Below, one piece after another: positions 36,671 through 46,743 of a stretch of DNA of 64,000 bases. Below the pieces are notes generated by a model. The model saw only the letters and a list, made by a program, of their open reading frames with translations, ran no database searches and was not told the DNA's origin. The stretch lies in sequence record MN850576.1, one strand, 5' to 3'. This DNA is from Escherichia phage ime. The translations under genes and the position numbers were made by a program. Each line of letters starts with the position of its first letter. Position 1 is the first letter of the stretch.

Positions 36671-39600
36671 TTAGTCGTGAGACTCGTTCCAAGGTCCCTG
36701 GAAGCTTGAGTTAGAACGACTAACGATCACAGTGGGACAGGAGATTGTGACACCTGTCACGCTAGACGTTGACCACGGTGTGTAAATCTCGACAATAATG
36801 TCTATAGTTTGTTCACCTAGACCAGTTATCCCTACCGCACACATGCCGTTGTTGTCGTTTCCGTACTTCTTACCTGCAAGGATTTGATGTCCGGCTATCC
36901 AAACGTTAAGCTGGGAGCCAGACAATGTCCCGTTTAGTTTAAAGAAGAATGTTACGTTCTTACCTTGTCCTGAAACGTTGTCCACATATCTCCACCTCCA
37001 ACGGCAAACCCTCTGCTGCGAGTTGTATACTGGAGGACAGTCACCGTAGGTTCTGTGTGCAACTATTGCACCTTCGAACTGGTTAGCACGGATAACAGAA
37101 GCTTCTACACGCCCACGGAAGGTACCTCCAGTTGCATCTATGGTACCCCTAAAGTTACCATTATTGGCATAAACATCTCCACGGAAGGTACCACTGGTGG
37201 CGTTAACTGCCCCTGTGAAGTTACCAGAACTGGCGTTGATGTTGCCTTTCACCCACACATCCATAAATTGGGCGTGCCCGTTCTTGTTAATGTACCAACC
37301 GTATTTATGGTACCCGTTGCCATCGTAGTTGTTTGACGAAATTTCTTGTGCGATCTTGGCAGAGGAGATCGTGCCATTCTCTATAAAAGCGTCTTTCAAG
37401 AACGCTTGGTTGTTCTTGATTGCGAAAGCAAGGGTTGCTGTTCCATTTCCAGGGTTGTATACCGCAAAATTGTTTGCACTAACCATGAAGTAGGATTGAA
37501 CTTGTCCTCCAGACCCCTCCATGCCTAGCTGGATACCTGCAACATACTTATTCCCTGCAGAGTCTACCTGAATCTTAGCTCCCCACTGAGCATTTATTTT
37601 ACCCTCAAGTGTTGTTACAGCTTTAGAGGTATTAGATACTGTAGCCCTGAGCTCATCAATATTACCCATTTCGTCAACAATTTCTTGTTTTGCAGAGGTA
37701 AGTTCTTGACGGATCGCTGTGGCTGTATTATTAACAAGATCAACTGTTGTACTATTAGTTTCTTGAATAGATGCTTGCAGATTGGCAACCTCTTTCTGCA
37801 CATCATCTTCCAGCTTGGTGATCTTCCCTGTAGCTGCCACCAGATCCTGCTTAATAGCTTCCGTTGTCTTATTTAGCAGATCTGTTGTTGCCTTGTTGGT
37901 TTCTTGAATAGAGGAGTTAAGTTTACTCTCAGTGTTCTTCAACTCTTCCCGCAGAGTACCTTGAGTTGCAGTTATTTGCTCACTCAATGCTTGAGTTTTA
38001 CGATTAACAAGATCAACGGTTGATCTATTTGTTGTCTCGATTAGTGACCCAAGCCTACCAGACTCTGCTGCAAGTTTATCGTCAAATGATTGCTGAGCTG
38101 CTACCAGCTTACTGTTAAGGGCAGAAATTTCTCCATTAACCCCTGTAAATTTTTCTGTCGTCTCTCTGACAACACCCTCTATTGTATCCCCAAGCTCTTC
38201 AAAAATGCTAGTAACACGGTCATTGACTGCACCAACATTTTTATCCATTTCCTTGACTGCATTATCAAGATTGGCGGTAAGCTCTTTATAAGTCTCTGTC
38301 TTTTTGAACTCAGCATCAATCTGTGGCATAAGATCTTCTATGGATGTGTAACAGTGGGCTGCACACTCCACAAAAGCAGATGAACCAAAAGCATTTGTTG
38401 TCCTGATATACCAGTAATAAATCTTATCGTTCTGCAGACCTTCAGATGTCCAAGTTGAACCAACACCCATACGAGTGGCTTTTGAAGTAACGGTTGCATC
38501 ACTGGTATCTGGCAATCTTGTCATCCCAGATGTCCAAAAGTCGTACTGGGTGCTTACACTAGCCAAGTCTCTGCTGTGCGGGATCAGGGTAATAGCAAAG
38601 TATCCCTGTTTAACTTCTACAGAAACCGGAGCCTCAGGTGCCTGAATGTTAAACTCACAGTATGCTTCTGGAGATACACCACCTTTATAAGATGTTGCAA
38701 CAACAGTGGCTGTGTAGGAACCTTTAGTCAGACCTTCAACACGGACAAACTGCTCAACTGTCTGCGCTGTCCAGACAATCTCTCCGTTTTTCCTGACCTG
38801 CACAATGTTTTGAGCATAAGTCCCAACGTTGTCCCAAGCCAAAACACCGTGAGTTACTTCTCCAGCTTGGAGAACGGAATATCTGAAGTTTTGCGGTTGA
38901 GCTACACCAGATGGAGATATCGGAATATCTACATCGCCAGAATCCGGAAGTTGCCCTGTGGCATCATTCCACTCTTTAGCATCTTGACGAAGTTTTACCT
39001 TGACACCCCCCTTTTTGGTAAACTCCCATTCAAGAACTCTCATTTCTTGGCCCACTATACCAATACTTGGGAGGTCCATTGTAACGTAACGACCAGGTTT
39101 AAATTTGAAACCTCGCATATTGCAGGTGACTTCAATAATCCTGCCAGCTCTGGCACGTCTTAGGAAGATTGCAGAAACACGCTGAGCTTGATAAGGACTG
39201 GTAACAAAGCGATAGTCTATATCGATTATCTTTCTTTCTCCATCCTTCTCTATCCACTCTGGGACAAACACTGATGGAAAATCTGTTTCAGAATACCCTT
39301 TGGTAGGACTGGTGAATCTGCCAGTTATTGTGTTGGATCTTTTGTCAAATGAGGCTTCCGGATAGATCTTGACCTCACCACAGACACAATCCTCACTCAG
39401 TGTCATTGTTGCCGGGCCATAGTATGCACCAACCAGCAAACCATACTTACCAGCTACATAGCTGAGATCTGCACCACAAGCTTTCAGCATTTCTGCCATA
39501 ATGCTTGCTGGGGCCTCATCCATGTCAAACTCACCGTTAATGGTGTAACGTCGCTCACTGGTTCCGTCAGCGTTTTTTACCGCCTCGTCGCATATGTTGG

Positions 39601-40270
39601 CAGCCTCCTTGAAGGACTCCCAGTTAATGGTTTCGTCAGGACATTTAAGGTACGTTCTTAAATAGTCTAGGATCACCAAGGCCGCGTTATTGGTATACAC
39701 CTCTTTACTGATACGAGGATCATAGCATTTTTTACCAACCTTGACAAGTGTAACGTTTGGCAACCCAAAAGGAAACTTGTTAGGGTCAAACCTGAAGCTG
39801 GCACGTAGCCAACTGATCCCTCTACCTATCATGTCGGGTGACCATGATGGGCAGTGTGTACCCATGAAAGGATCAGATGTTTTTCTGTCGTTATGTAGCT
39901 CCCACGATACCAGATCTCCATACGAGGAAATAGGATTACCGTCGATAAGTATATCTTCTATACCTTCCAGAGGGTGATTGGCAAGAACAATAGCACAATG
40001 GAGGGTTCTGTCGCTATCCTGCTCCAAAAACGCAAGCAATCCGGATGTGCGTGTCTTCCCATACACTACAGAGCAGGGTGCAGCAGAAGATCTGAGAAGC
40101 TTTTGTCTATCTTGCTGACTTCTGTAAGATTTGTTGCCCTCAAAAATCTTATCCAGAGTTCTGGTGGTAACAGTGTTCAGGCTGTCAGCCAGAGCTGCCT
40201 TGGATGCGTTCCAGTCATAACTTGAAGATCTTGCAGAAGCAACGATGTTATCAATCATTGCAATTGGCAT
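36671..40270 (-). CDS. Central tail fibre / host-specificity protein, lambda J-like
   Basis: 1199 aa; regions resembling my recollection of lambda J (NAALVILDYL...C...; YVAGIQLGMEGSGGQ...FMVSANNFAV), plus a coiled-coil segment. Confidence 0.6.
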   Translation of the reverse strand: MPIAMIDNIVASARSSSYDWNASKAALADSLNTVTTRTLDKIFEGNKSYRSQQDRQKLLRSSAAPCSVVYGKTRTSGLLAFLEQDSDRTLHCAIVLANHPLEGIEDILIDGNPISSYGDLVSWELHNDRKTSDPFMGTHCPSWSPDMIGRGISWLRASFRFDPNKFPFGLPNVTLVKVGKKCYDPRISKEVYTNNAALVILDYLRTYLKCPDETINWESFKEAANICDEAVKNADGTSERRYTINGEFDMDEAPASIMAEMLKACGADLSYVAGKYGLLVGAYYGPATMTLSEDCVCGEVKIYPEASFDKRSNTITGRFTSPTKGYSETDFPSVFVPEWIEKDGERKIIDIDYRFVTSPYQAQRVSAIFLRRARAGRIIEVTCNMRGFKFKPGRYVTMDLPSIGIVGQEMRVLEWEFTKKGGVKVKLRQDAKEWNDATGQLPDSGDVDIPISPSGVAQPQNFRYSVLQAGEVTHGVLAWDNVGTYAQNIVQVRKNGEIVWTAQTVEQFVRVEGLTKGSYTATVVATSYKGGVSPEAYCEFNIQAPEAPVSVEVKQGYFAITLIPHSRDLASVSTQYDFWTSGMTRLPDTSDATVTSKATRMGVGSTWTSEGLQNDKIYYWYIRTTNAFGSSAFVECAAHCYTSIEDLMPQIDAEFKKTETYKELTANLDNAVKEMDKNVGAVNDRVTSIFEELGDTIEGVVRETTEKFTGVNGEISALNSKLVAAQQSFDDKLAAESGRLGSLIETTNRSTVDLVNRKTQALSEQITATQGTLREELKNTESKLNSSIQETNKATTDLLNKTTEAIKQDLVAATGKITKLEDDVQKEVANLQASIQETNSTTVDLVNNTATAIRQELTSAKQEIVDEMGNIDELRATVSNTSKAVTTLEGKINAQWGAKIQVDSAGNKYVAGIQLGMEGSGGQVQSYFMVSANNFAVYNPGNGTATLAFAIKNNQAFLKDAFIENGTISSAKIAQEISSNNYDGNGYHKYGWYINKNGHAQFMDVWVKGNINASSGNFTGAVNATSGTFRGDVYANNGNFRGTIDATGGTFRGRVEASVIRANQFEGAIVAHRTYGDCPPVYNSQQRVCRWRWRYVDNVSGQGKNVTFFFKLNGTLSGSQLNVWIAGHQILAGKKYGNDNNGMCAVGITGLGEQTIDIIVEIYTPWSTSSVTGVTISCPTVIVSRSNSSFQGPWNESHD

Positions 40271-40707
40271 TAATACCTCCAGACATCAACAACTATAGAA
40301 TCTTTCATGTCGAACATAAAGACCCCTTTATCACCTTTCGCCCAAAGCTGGTTGTTCCAGAACACACCAGCGGTGAGCCCGTTCAGACCTTCGAAGATAA
40401 CAATATCGCCACGCTGAACCTGTTTAGGAGTATCTAGTCGAGTCATAAAGAGATCAAAAATAGTAGGCAGGTGTGTGGTTTTGAAACGGAGCATGCACCA
40501 TCTTTTGCTTTCCAACTCTGTTTTATACGTTCCTTCGAAGTTAGAAAGAAAATCTGTTCCGTATTGGGCATCAACACACTTAGCTGCAAAGGTGCAGCAA
40601 TCGTGGAATCCCCATTCAAAAGGTATGGTGGCCTCTTCGTCAAACACTTTCCACAATCTTTCTTGCCAATCCACTAAACGAGGGTGTGTGCTCATTAAAC
40701 CTCCCAA
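40270..40707 (-). CDS. Tail tip assembly protein (possible NlpC/P60-like)
   Basis: 145 aa; FHDCCTF and GDIVIF motifs; lies in the four-gene set preceding the J-like gene. Confidence 0.35.
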   Translation of the reverse strand: MGGLMSTHPRLVDWQERLWKVFDEEATIPFEWGFHDCCTFAAKCVDAQYGTDFLSNFEGTYKTELESKRWCMLRFKTTHLPTIFDLFMTRLDTPKQVQRGDIVIFEGLNGLTAGVFWNNQLWAKGDKGVFMFDMKDSIVVDVWRY

Positions 40708-41261
40708 ATGATCGGGCGGCTCGCCACCTGATCCACATATTTAAAAAATCTGTCATTATCGTTTCTTGAGCTGTGGCTTTCCTCCGTGTACCGATAAGGA
40801 AAACCTCTTAACCAACTGTTGAAGATGGAAGAAATGGATATGGACAAAGCACTATTCTCACCCGTCTGAATAGCCATATCTGTTATAAGGCCGTCAAACA
40901 AGCCATTGGTTGTAACAGGCAGACCATTCTCCATAGCGGTAATGTACAACGTGGCACGACACCCAGAATACTCCGTCTTCAGCAGATCACCCACATACTT
41001 AGGATCAAACCCGTTCAATGTCGCTACCACAGATCCGAAGTTGGTGGCATCTTTCTCAGACACAGCAGTTAATGTTGCTGATCCACCTATCCCTATAAAA
41101 TGTTGCCCCTCAATTACTACAACACCAGTGCCTGAGCACACCCTGACAGTTCCTGTGGGTAGCTCCAGCTTTGCAGCAATTAAGATCTCAACACCATCAA
41201 GCTCCAGCTTTTCAAGAAATAAATTATCTAACGGCGCTCTGATCATCTTAGAAATCCTCAA
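40695..41261 (-). CDS. Minor tail protein (tail tip complex, by position)
   Basis: 188 aa; position equivalent to lambda L/K/I genes. Confidence 0.35.
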   Translation of the reverse strand: MRISKMIRAPLDNLFLEKLELDGVEILIAAKLELPTGTVRVCSGTGVVVIEGQHFIGIGGSATLTAVSEKDATNFGSVVATLNGFDPKYVGDLLKTEYSGCRATLYITAMENGLPVTTNGLFDGLITDMAIQTGENSALSISISSIFNSWLRGFPYRYTEESHSSRNDNDRFFKYVDQVASRPIIWEV

Positions 41262-41838
41262 AGAAGTTGATAACTATATTATCACCTTTTTGCATAGCAT
41301 CGACTTTTTGCTTAATTTTATAAATATCTCTGATATGAAACCTACCCTTCGGGGATTGAGTTATTATCTTCATAGTGTCCCCTGCGGCAATAGGTTTTCT
41401 AAGTCTTGGAGATATGCCTATAACAGCAGACCCAACACCATCGCTACGCACTGGAGCTGTTACCACTTTCAATTCATCATTGACAGATATTTTATCCCCA
41501 GCTCTGGCTATGTCTCTGTTCGGCTCCCACCCAACCGTCTTCAAAAAATCGTCGTTACCAGTAGGCCCAAGGGCGATTGGCTCATTAGCTGTTACTGAGT
41601 GACCGTAAGTTTTAATGAGAAAGATGTTCCCATCTTTATACACCTGATCAACAAAGCTCTTAAGCTCTAGCAACTGTGACTCGCTGATATTGGAAACCGT
41701 CAAAGTGCCTTTCCAGTTAGGTGTGGCATAGGTTACTTTTTGCGTTTTACCTGTAAACGGACTTTTAAACGTAACAATATCTGCCAGCAGCTCCAATCTA
41801 ATATCTGGAAGGTATCTAGGCCTTTCCCATAAAAACAT
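41248..41838 (-). CDS. Minor tail protein (tail tip complex, by position)
   Basis: 196 aa; follows a terminator-promoter cassette. Confidence 0.35.
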   Translation of the reverse strand: MFLWERPRYLPDIRLELLADIVTFKSPFTGKTQKVTYATPNWKGTLTVSNISESQLLELKSFVDQVYKDGNIFLIKTYGHSVTANEPIALGPTGNDDFLKTVGWEPNRDIARAGDKISVNDELKVVTAPVRSDGVGSAVIGISPRLRKPIAAGDTMKIITQSPKGRFHIRDIYKIKQKVDAMQKGDNIVINFFEDF

Positions 41839-41859
41839 TGTGCCTCCAGGTTAAACAAT

Positions 41860-41888
41860 CATGATAGTTATTTTACCAGATTTTGAGT
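41860..41888 (-). promoter_or_regulatory. Sigma70-like promoter TTGCGT-N17-(TGg)TAAAAT
   Basis: Plus-strand acgcaa 41883-41888 and atttta 41860-41865 with 17-nt spacer. Confidence 0.45.
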
Positions 41889-41900
41889 TAATACGCAATA

Positions 41901-41930
41901 CAAACAAAAAGCCCCCGCCGAAGCGAGGGC
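41901..41930 (-). terminator. Rho-independent terminator
   Basis: Minus-strand GCCCUCGC-UUCG-GCGGGGGC followed by UUUUUGUUUG. Confidence 0.6.
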
Positions 41931-41936
41931 AATACT

Positions 41937-42269
41937 TTAAAGTGCTTCCAAGGTGGATACTGATGGGTCGAACATGTTCAACCTTATCGAATCTACAACT
42001 TTTCCGCTTTTAGAGATGATGTTTTCTGCATCCTCGTCCAGAGCCAGAACGTTAACATAAAACAATTCACTTTTCTCGCAAACTGGGTAGACAACCATGT
42101 TGCCAAATTCATCTTCGGCCTCATAAGTGTCTCCAGTCTCTGTGTAAATGAACCCGACAACCTCTACAAGAAGGGTGTTTTGCAACACCTCATTCTCGTA
42201 AAAGCCGATTTCGTCCATGAAACCGTTAAAATCCTCCCTGTCAGTAAATCCAAGGGTAAAAGTATTCAT
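41937..42269 (-). CDS. Minor tail protein (by position)
   Basis: 110 aa; stop/start coupled to the 1479-aa gene. Confidence 0.35.
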   Translation of the reverse strand: MNTFTLGFTDREDFNGFMDEIGFYENEVLQNTLLVEVVGFIYTETGDTYEAEDEFGNMVVYPVCEKSELFYVNVLALDEDAENIISKSGKVVDSIRLNMFDPSVSTLEAL

Positions 42270-45200
42270 TATTCAACACTCTCCATCATAAGCTGGGTGT
42301 CTGTCAGTGCAGAGTTCCAAACTCTTATGTCCTTAATATGACCAAATAAGTGTCTTTCACCTGTCGCCGTTTGACCACCAATGCGGATGAAAGCACCTCC
42401 TGCCAGGAATTCCCAAGAAGACTGCGTTTCTGAGCTCACCAGTCCGTTAGCAAAAGAGCAGGTTTTACCGTCATCTTTTATCCTGAACCCAACTTTCAAT
42501 TTACGAACTTTAGCCATCTCGTAAACACGTCTGTTTGACCCTCCAATATCACAGTATGGATAACCATCATCCGCAATATTTGTTGCAGAGCCAAATCCCA
42601 TGATAAATGCAGCACCGGATTGATGACCCTCTGTATCGATAACCCTAGGAGCTGCGTTAGGAGCTTTACCCCAACCTCTCCAGTTGGCATCCACCGTAGC
42701 AGCGATAGTGAATGGTCTAGGCGCTAAGTTATCCGTCATTGGGAATTTACAAAGATCTGCCGCCCTGGTTACAGGTGAAGATCCTGTAGGGATAAACGAG
42801 GACTCACAAGATCCTAACTCAAACTGAGGTATTGCAACGTCAACCCAATCCCCTACGGCATGTTGAGAACTCTCCGGCGGGGCAATCTGAAACTGGCACC
42901 CGATCTTTCTGTCAGAGGCCACTGCCTCAAACGTAGCAACAACCCTTGTCCAAGCAGGTCCGGCTGTTTGCCATCTCTCAGCTTTTACTTTAATTCTCCC
43001 CGCTGCACCCCCTGTTGTTTTCACTTCAAGTGTTGACAGGTTAACATAAGCATCACCTTGATATGTTGTGGTGGATCCGTCGTACATGTCGAATCTTATA
43101 CGCAGTCTCTGGTGAGCTTTACCGCCTCTTGCAATGATAGACCCAGTACAGAATTTCTCATCACCTGTTACATCGGCACCTCTGGTGGCTGGAACTACAG
43201 CCAAGTTTAACGCCGTTGTTTCTACACCGGACGTGGTGTTTACTGTAAATCTTGCACCTTTTGTGCCGTTGGTGTTTGTTACAGTGCTACCGACAGTAAT
43301 CGCCTGCTGTGCACCCCATTTACTCGGGTCTTCACTGTTAAGCATTAGGTTTGTCCTTTGCCCTTCAATAAGCAGACCATCTCTTTCAAACCGAGGCTGA
43401 TCGTTCTGAGCAGTAACCATCACACCGCGTTTAGAAAAGTATGTTGCTGTAGAAGGTCTGGAAAATACCATCTCTCCCTCACCAAGTGCAGGTTTTAAGT
43501 TGGAGGTCAAAGGTAACCAAAGATCAGGCATAACTGGGGCTGTTGTGCTTTCAGGGAAGCTTGTCCTCTTCCAAGGACTCCAAGCCATTCCACTACCAGT
43601 GTTATTATAATACCTTTCCCATGTTCCACCAAGGTACATCTTATAGATCTGAATACAGCCCGTGCCTTCGTTAGCAGAGTTTCTAAGAACAATCAGCGTA
43701 CCAGCCATCTGCTGTCCAGGCGGGTAATGTCTTTCAGCTGTAGCATTAGCATTCGCCTCTTGATGGTAGATACCTTCACGATCTGCTTTATAATCGTTAA
43801 GGTCGCTATTCCCCAGTCCTTGACCACGGTGCTGAATAACCTTGTTCCACGCTCTGTGATTTCCCTGCTCTATGGAACGAGTATACAGCTGATCTAAGCG
43901 ACCTGCTATCTGGAAAGCATAGTTCCCAGAGAATGCCACAGACAACCCGCCAACAACCATCGAACCTTCAGGTCCGTTGACGTTACCAGCCATTATTTTA
44001 GAAGGGTTGTTATTCCCGAACTGGTTGTTCCAGTCTGCACCTGTGTGGCATACAAAACCACCAGGGGCTGAGAAAGTGCCATCTTTGTTGAAGTTGTAGA
44101 ATCTGTGAGCAGAACCTACAACATCACGAACAATAACTTGACCAGCCTCTGGAGTAGATCTGAACTCTGCCTGGCCTTTGAGACCAGCACCATTACCGCA
44201 TTTAGAGGTAAACGTACCGTTAGTCAGATCCTCTGTCCCATCTGATGCACACTGGAAGCCTGCATTAGAGAATAACGCCTTTCTAGGACTGCCGTAGCAC
44301 AAATAGTCAAGACCGTCTGCCCATAACTCGACTTTTGGCATATTCATTTTGCTCATCACAGCATAGCGTTCAGCAGTACCTATATAGTGCCACTGTGTGC
44401 CGCCACCAGTGTAGAACCCTGAAGTCCCTTTGAAGTCAACAATAGGTCTGGTGTTGGTATTATTATCTCCAAGAACAGCAAGATTCAAATCTGCTGACTG
44501 GAGAGGTGCAACGAACTTAACACCGTCCTGATTGTCTGTTACAGAGCCAACCTGGTAATCTTGCTCCCTGGTAAACACCTCGACAACATTTCTACTTGCG
44601 TATATGCTGACAGGGAAAGCACGCGCCTCCGCATAGAAAGCAACATATTCTTGTTTACCCCTTGTTGGAGCAACCATCCCAAGAATTGCTTTTTCATTCT
44701 GGTAGAAATTTACTACCCCGTAGAAAGAGTCTCCTCTGTCTGTCCAACCACCAGTTCTATAGTGACACTGTAAGGTCGCACAGTTCATAGGGTCACCGCC
44801 GGATGACGATCTGGTAACTATGGTAATATCAGTGCCAGTTGCTGGAGCATAGTACGGATCTGTTCTAACGATAATTGGGTAGTATTTCCCATCTTCCATC
44901 CCTGCGGTTCTTGGCAGTGTTAAGAAGTCTTTTACACCTGCTGCTATAGGAACTTTGAACAGATTCTGAGCATCTGCTAAAGTTGTAGCCCCAGTGCCAC
45001 CTGCGGCTTGAGGTAGAGGTTCCCACTTGGCCTTCCGGTTGTTATAAACACCCCATTCCAGAGCGCCGTTACCGGATTCGTCCATCCCACCATCCCAGAT
45101 AACCATCTTGGCGGCTTTCTTGGACCCCCAGAAGCCTCTTTCTGCTCCTGAACTACGAATCCATTCTCCAAGACCCCAGTTTGTCAGCTGACCAGTAAGA

Positions 45201-46708
45201 TCCCCAACCTGCATATATTTAGGGCAGTCTAATACGCCGTCTTCGCGGAAACCTAAATATTTATGAGTTTCAGATCCTTTTGCACCTTTGTGCAGGTGGA
45301 TTGTCAGCCAAGCCTTATTGTCGTTTCTTACCTCAGAGTAGATCCTATATCCATGCTCAAGAACACCATCGGTGTTATATTTATCTCCATGGAGAATACC
45401 TGAGGCCGATTTAACATCTCCAGAGTATTGAGCTAAGTAAAGGTGCCCGAAGGCTGGCGAGTTGTTTTTACCAAGGCCAATATGAGATCTAAAGGTATCA
45501 TCGTTACGAGGTCTGACCATCGGCTGCCATGCAGTCCACTGATTTGTGTTGGCCTGATAGGTTCTCAAATACCAAACATCTACGTTAGAGAATGGATAGT
45601 ATTCCTGACGACAACCTGTACCTCCGTTAGCATTGTTCTGCCAAACAATCAAGTGACCAGCACCAGAACCTGCAGGGTAACCATTTGCCTCAGTTGCATA
45701 AGCAGTCATTGGCTGGTAGTATACACCATCCTGATTACCAGTCAAGTTATTGATATTGAAATTTGGCTCAAGGGCTGCACGTTGCTTATAGAAAGCACCG
45801 ATATTGATACGGACTCCAGCGGCATCTCTAGCCCCTGTGCCGCCTTGCTCTATAGCAAGAGGTTGCCACGAAGCTGTTTGTTGGTTCCACATACCCCAAC
45901 GGCCTGTTGCATCAAGCTGCAAGTACCCTGCCGTATTTAAATCATCTCCAGCACGGATAACTGTTCTTGTTGGGTTGTTTGCCTCTAGGCGTTTAAATTC
46001 ATCACGAAGTGCTATTCTTTTCGTTGTTGCTACACCGTTGGTTACTGCAATGGTGTACATGGCTCCGGTGGTAGCGCCACGGAAAATACCATCAACAGTT
46101 GTAGTATCACGACGAGACACCACACCGTTCAGAAATTTTTCACCAGCTGCTACAGAAGGGTAGTTGGTAGTTCTTCCCTCTTCAATAACTGCAGGGCCAA
46201 CAAAGTTATCAAGGTGAATAACATCGCCTACAGTGTGCACTGTACCAAAATCTACACGCTGTGCAAGTGCTTTGGCATCGTTAGCTGTCTGAACAGTAAC
46301 ATCCATTACATCCTGGACAGACTGCCCTTCGGCTGTCATGATCATAGATGCGCCAATGGTAGATTCCAGCTCCTCCCTTAAGGACGGGTCAGTATATACC
46401 ATCCATGCAGCGTCAGTAATCCCACCATCGGAGTACGGTGAAGACAGTGCAGGAACAGTGTGTGGAAATTCGCCTTTCCAACGCAGGTAGAGGTCTTCCT
46501 CTTCGAAGTAGGCAAAATCCATTGGGCCGTTTAACTTACCACCTTCCTTAAAGGAGATTACATGAGAAACAGTCCCATCAACATGGACAACATCGCCAAT
46601 TTTTACACGACGGGTCAGGTCTGGTTGTTGAACAACCAGGTAATCATCCTCTGTCACTGAGGTAGTGGCAGGAAGAGATTCAATTCTGACAACTTTAATA
46701 TCAGCCAT
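42269..46708 (-). CDS. Very large tail fibre / receptor-binding protein with conserved N-terminal attachment module
   Basis: 1479 aa, G/T/N/W/Y-rich; first ~100 aa are homologous to the N-terminus of 49343..50011. Confidence 0.55.
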   Translation of the reverse strand: MADIKVVRIESLPATTSVTEDDYLVVQQPDLTRRVKIGDVVHVDGTVSHVISFKEGGKLNGPMDFAYFEEEDLYLRWKGEFPHTVPALSSPYSDGGITDAAWMVYTDPSLREELESTIGASMIMTAEGQSVQDVMDVTVQTANDAKALAQRVDFGTVHTVGDVIHLDNFVGPAVIEEGRTTNYPSVAAGEKFLNGVVSRRDTTTVDGIFRGATTGAMYTIAVTNGVATTKRIALRDEFKRLEANNPTRTVIRAGDDLNTAGYLQLDATGRWGMWNQQTASWQPLAIEQGGTGARDAAGVRINIGAFYKQRAALEPNFNINNLTGNQDGVYYQPMTAYATEANGYPAGSGAGHLIVWQNNANGGTGCRQEYYPFSNVDVWYLRTYQANTNQWTAWQPMVRPRNDDTFRSHIGLGKNNSPAFGHLYLAQYSGDVKSASGILHGDKYNTDGVLEHGYRIYSEVRNDNKAWLTIHLHKGAKGSETHKYLGFREDGVLDCPKYMQVGDLTGQLTNWGLGEWIRSSGAERGFWGSKKAAKMVIWDGGMDESGNGALEWGVYNNRKAKWEPLPQAAGGTGATTLADAQNLFKVPIAAGVKDFLTLPRTAGMEDGKYYPIIVRTDPYYAPATGTDITIVTRSSSGGDPMNCATLQCHYRTGGWTDRGDSFYGVVNFYQNEKAILGMVAPTRGKQEYVAFYAEARAFPVSIYASRNVVEVFTREQDYQVGSVTDNQDGVKFVAPLQSADLNLAVLGDNNTNTRPIVDFKGTSGFYTGGGTQWHYIGTAERYAVMSKMNMPKVELWADGLDYLCYGSPRKALFSNAGFQCASDGTEDLTNGTFTSKCGNGAGLKGQAEFRSTPEAGQVIVRDVVGSAHRFYNFNKDGTFSAPGGFVCHTGADWNNQFGNNNPSKIMAGNVNGPEGSMVVGGLSVAFSGNYAFQIAGRLDQLYTRSIEQGNHRAWNKVIQHRGQGLGNSDLNDYKADREGIYHQEANANATAERHYPPGQQMAGTLIVLRNSANEGTGCIQIYKMYLGGTWERYYNNTGSGMAWSPWKRTSFPESTTAPVMPDLWLPLTSNLKPALGEGEMVFSRPSTATYFSKRGVMVTAQNDQPRFERDGLLIEGQRTNLMLNSEDPSKWGAQQAITVGSTVTNTNGTKGARFTVNTTSGVETTALNLAVVPATRGADVTGDEKFCTGSIIARGGKAHQRLRIRFDMYDGSTTTYQGDAYVNLSTLEVKTTGGAAGRIKVKAERWQTAGPAWTRVVATFEAVASDRKIGCQFQIAPPESSQHAVGDWVDVAIPQFELGSCESSFIPTGSSPVTRAADLCKFPMTDNLAPRPFTIAATVDANWRGWGKAPNAAPRVIDTEGHQSGAAFIMGFGSATNIADDGYPYCDIGGSNRRVYEMAKVRKLKVGFRIKDDGKTCSFANGLVSSETQSSWEFLAGGAFIRIGGQTATGERHLFGHIKDIRVWNSALTDTQLMMESVE

Positions 46709-46743
46709 TCTTTCTCCTGAAAGGGGGCAAACAGCCCCCTATG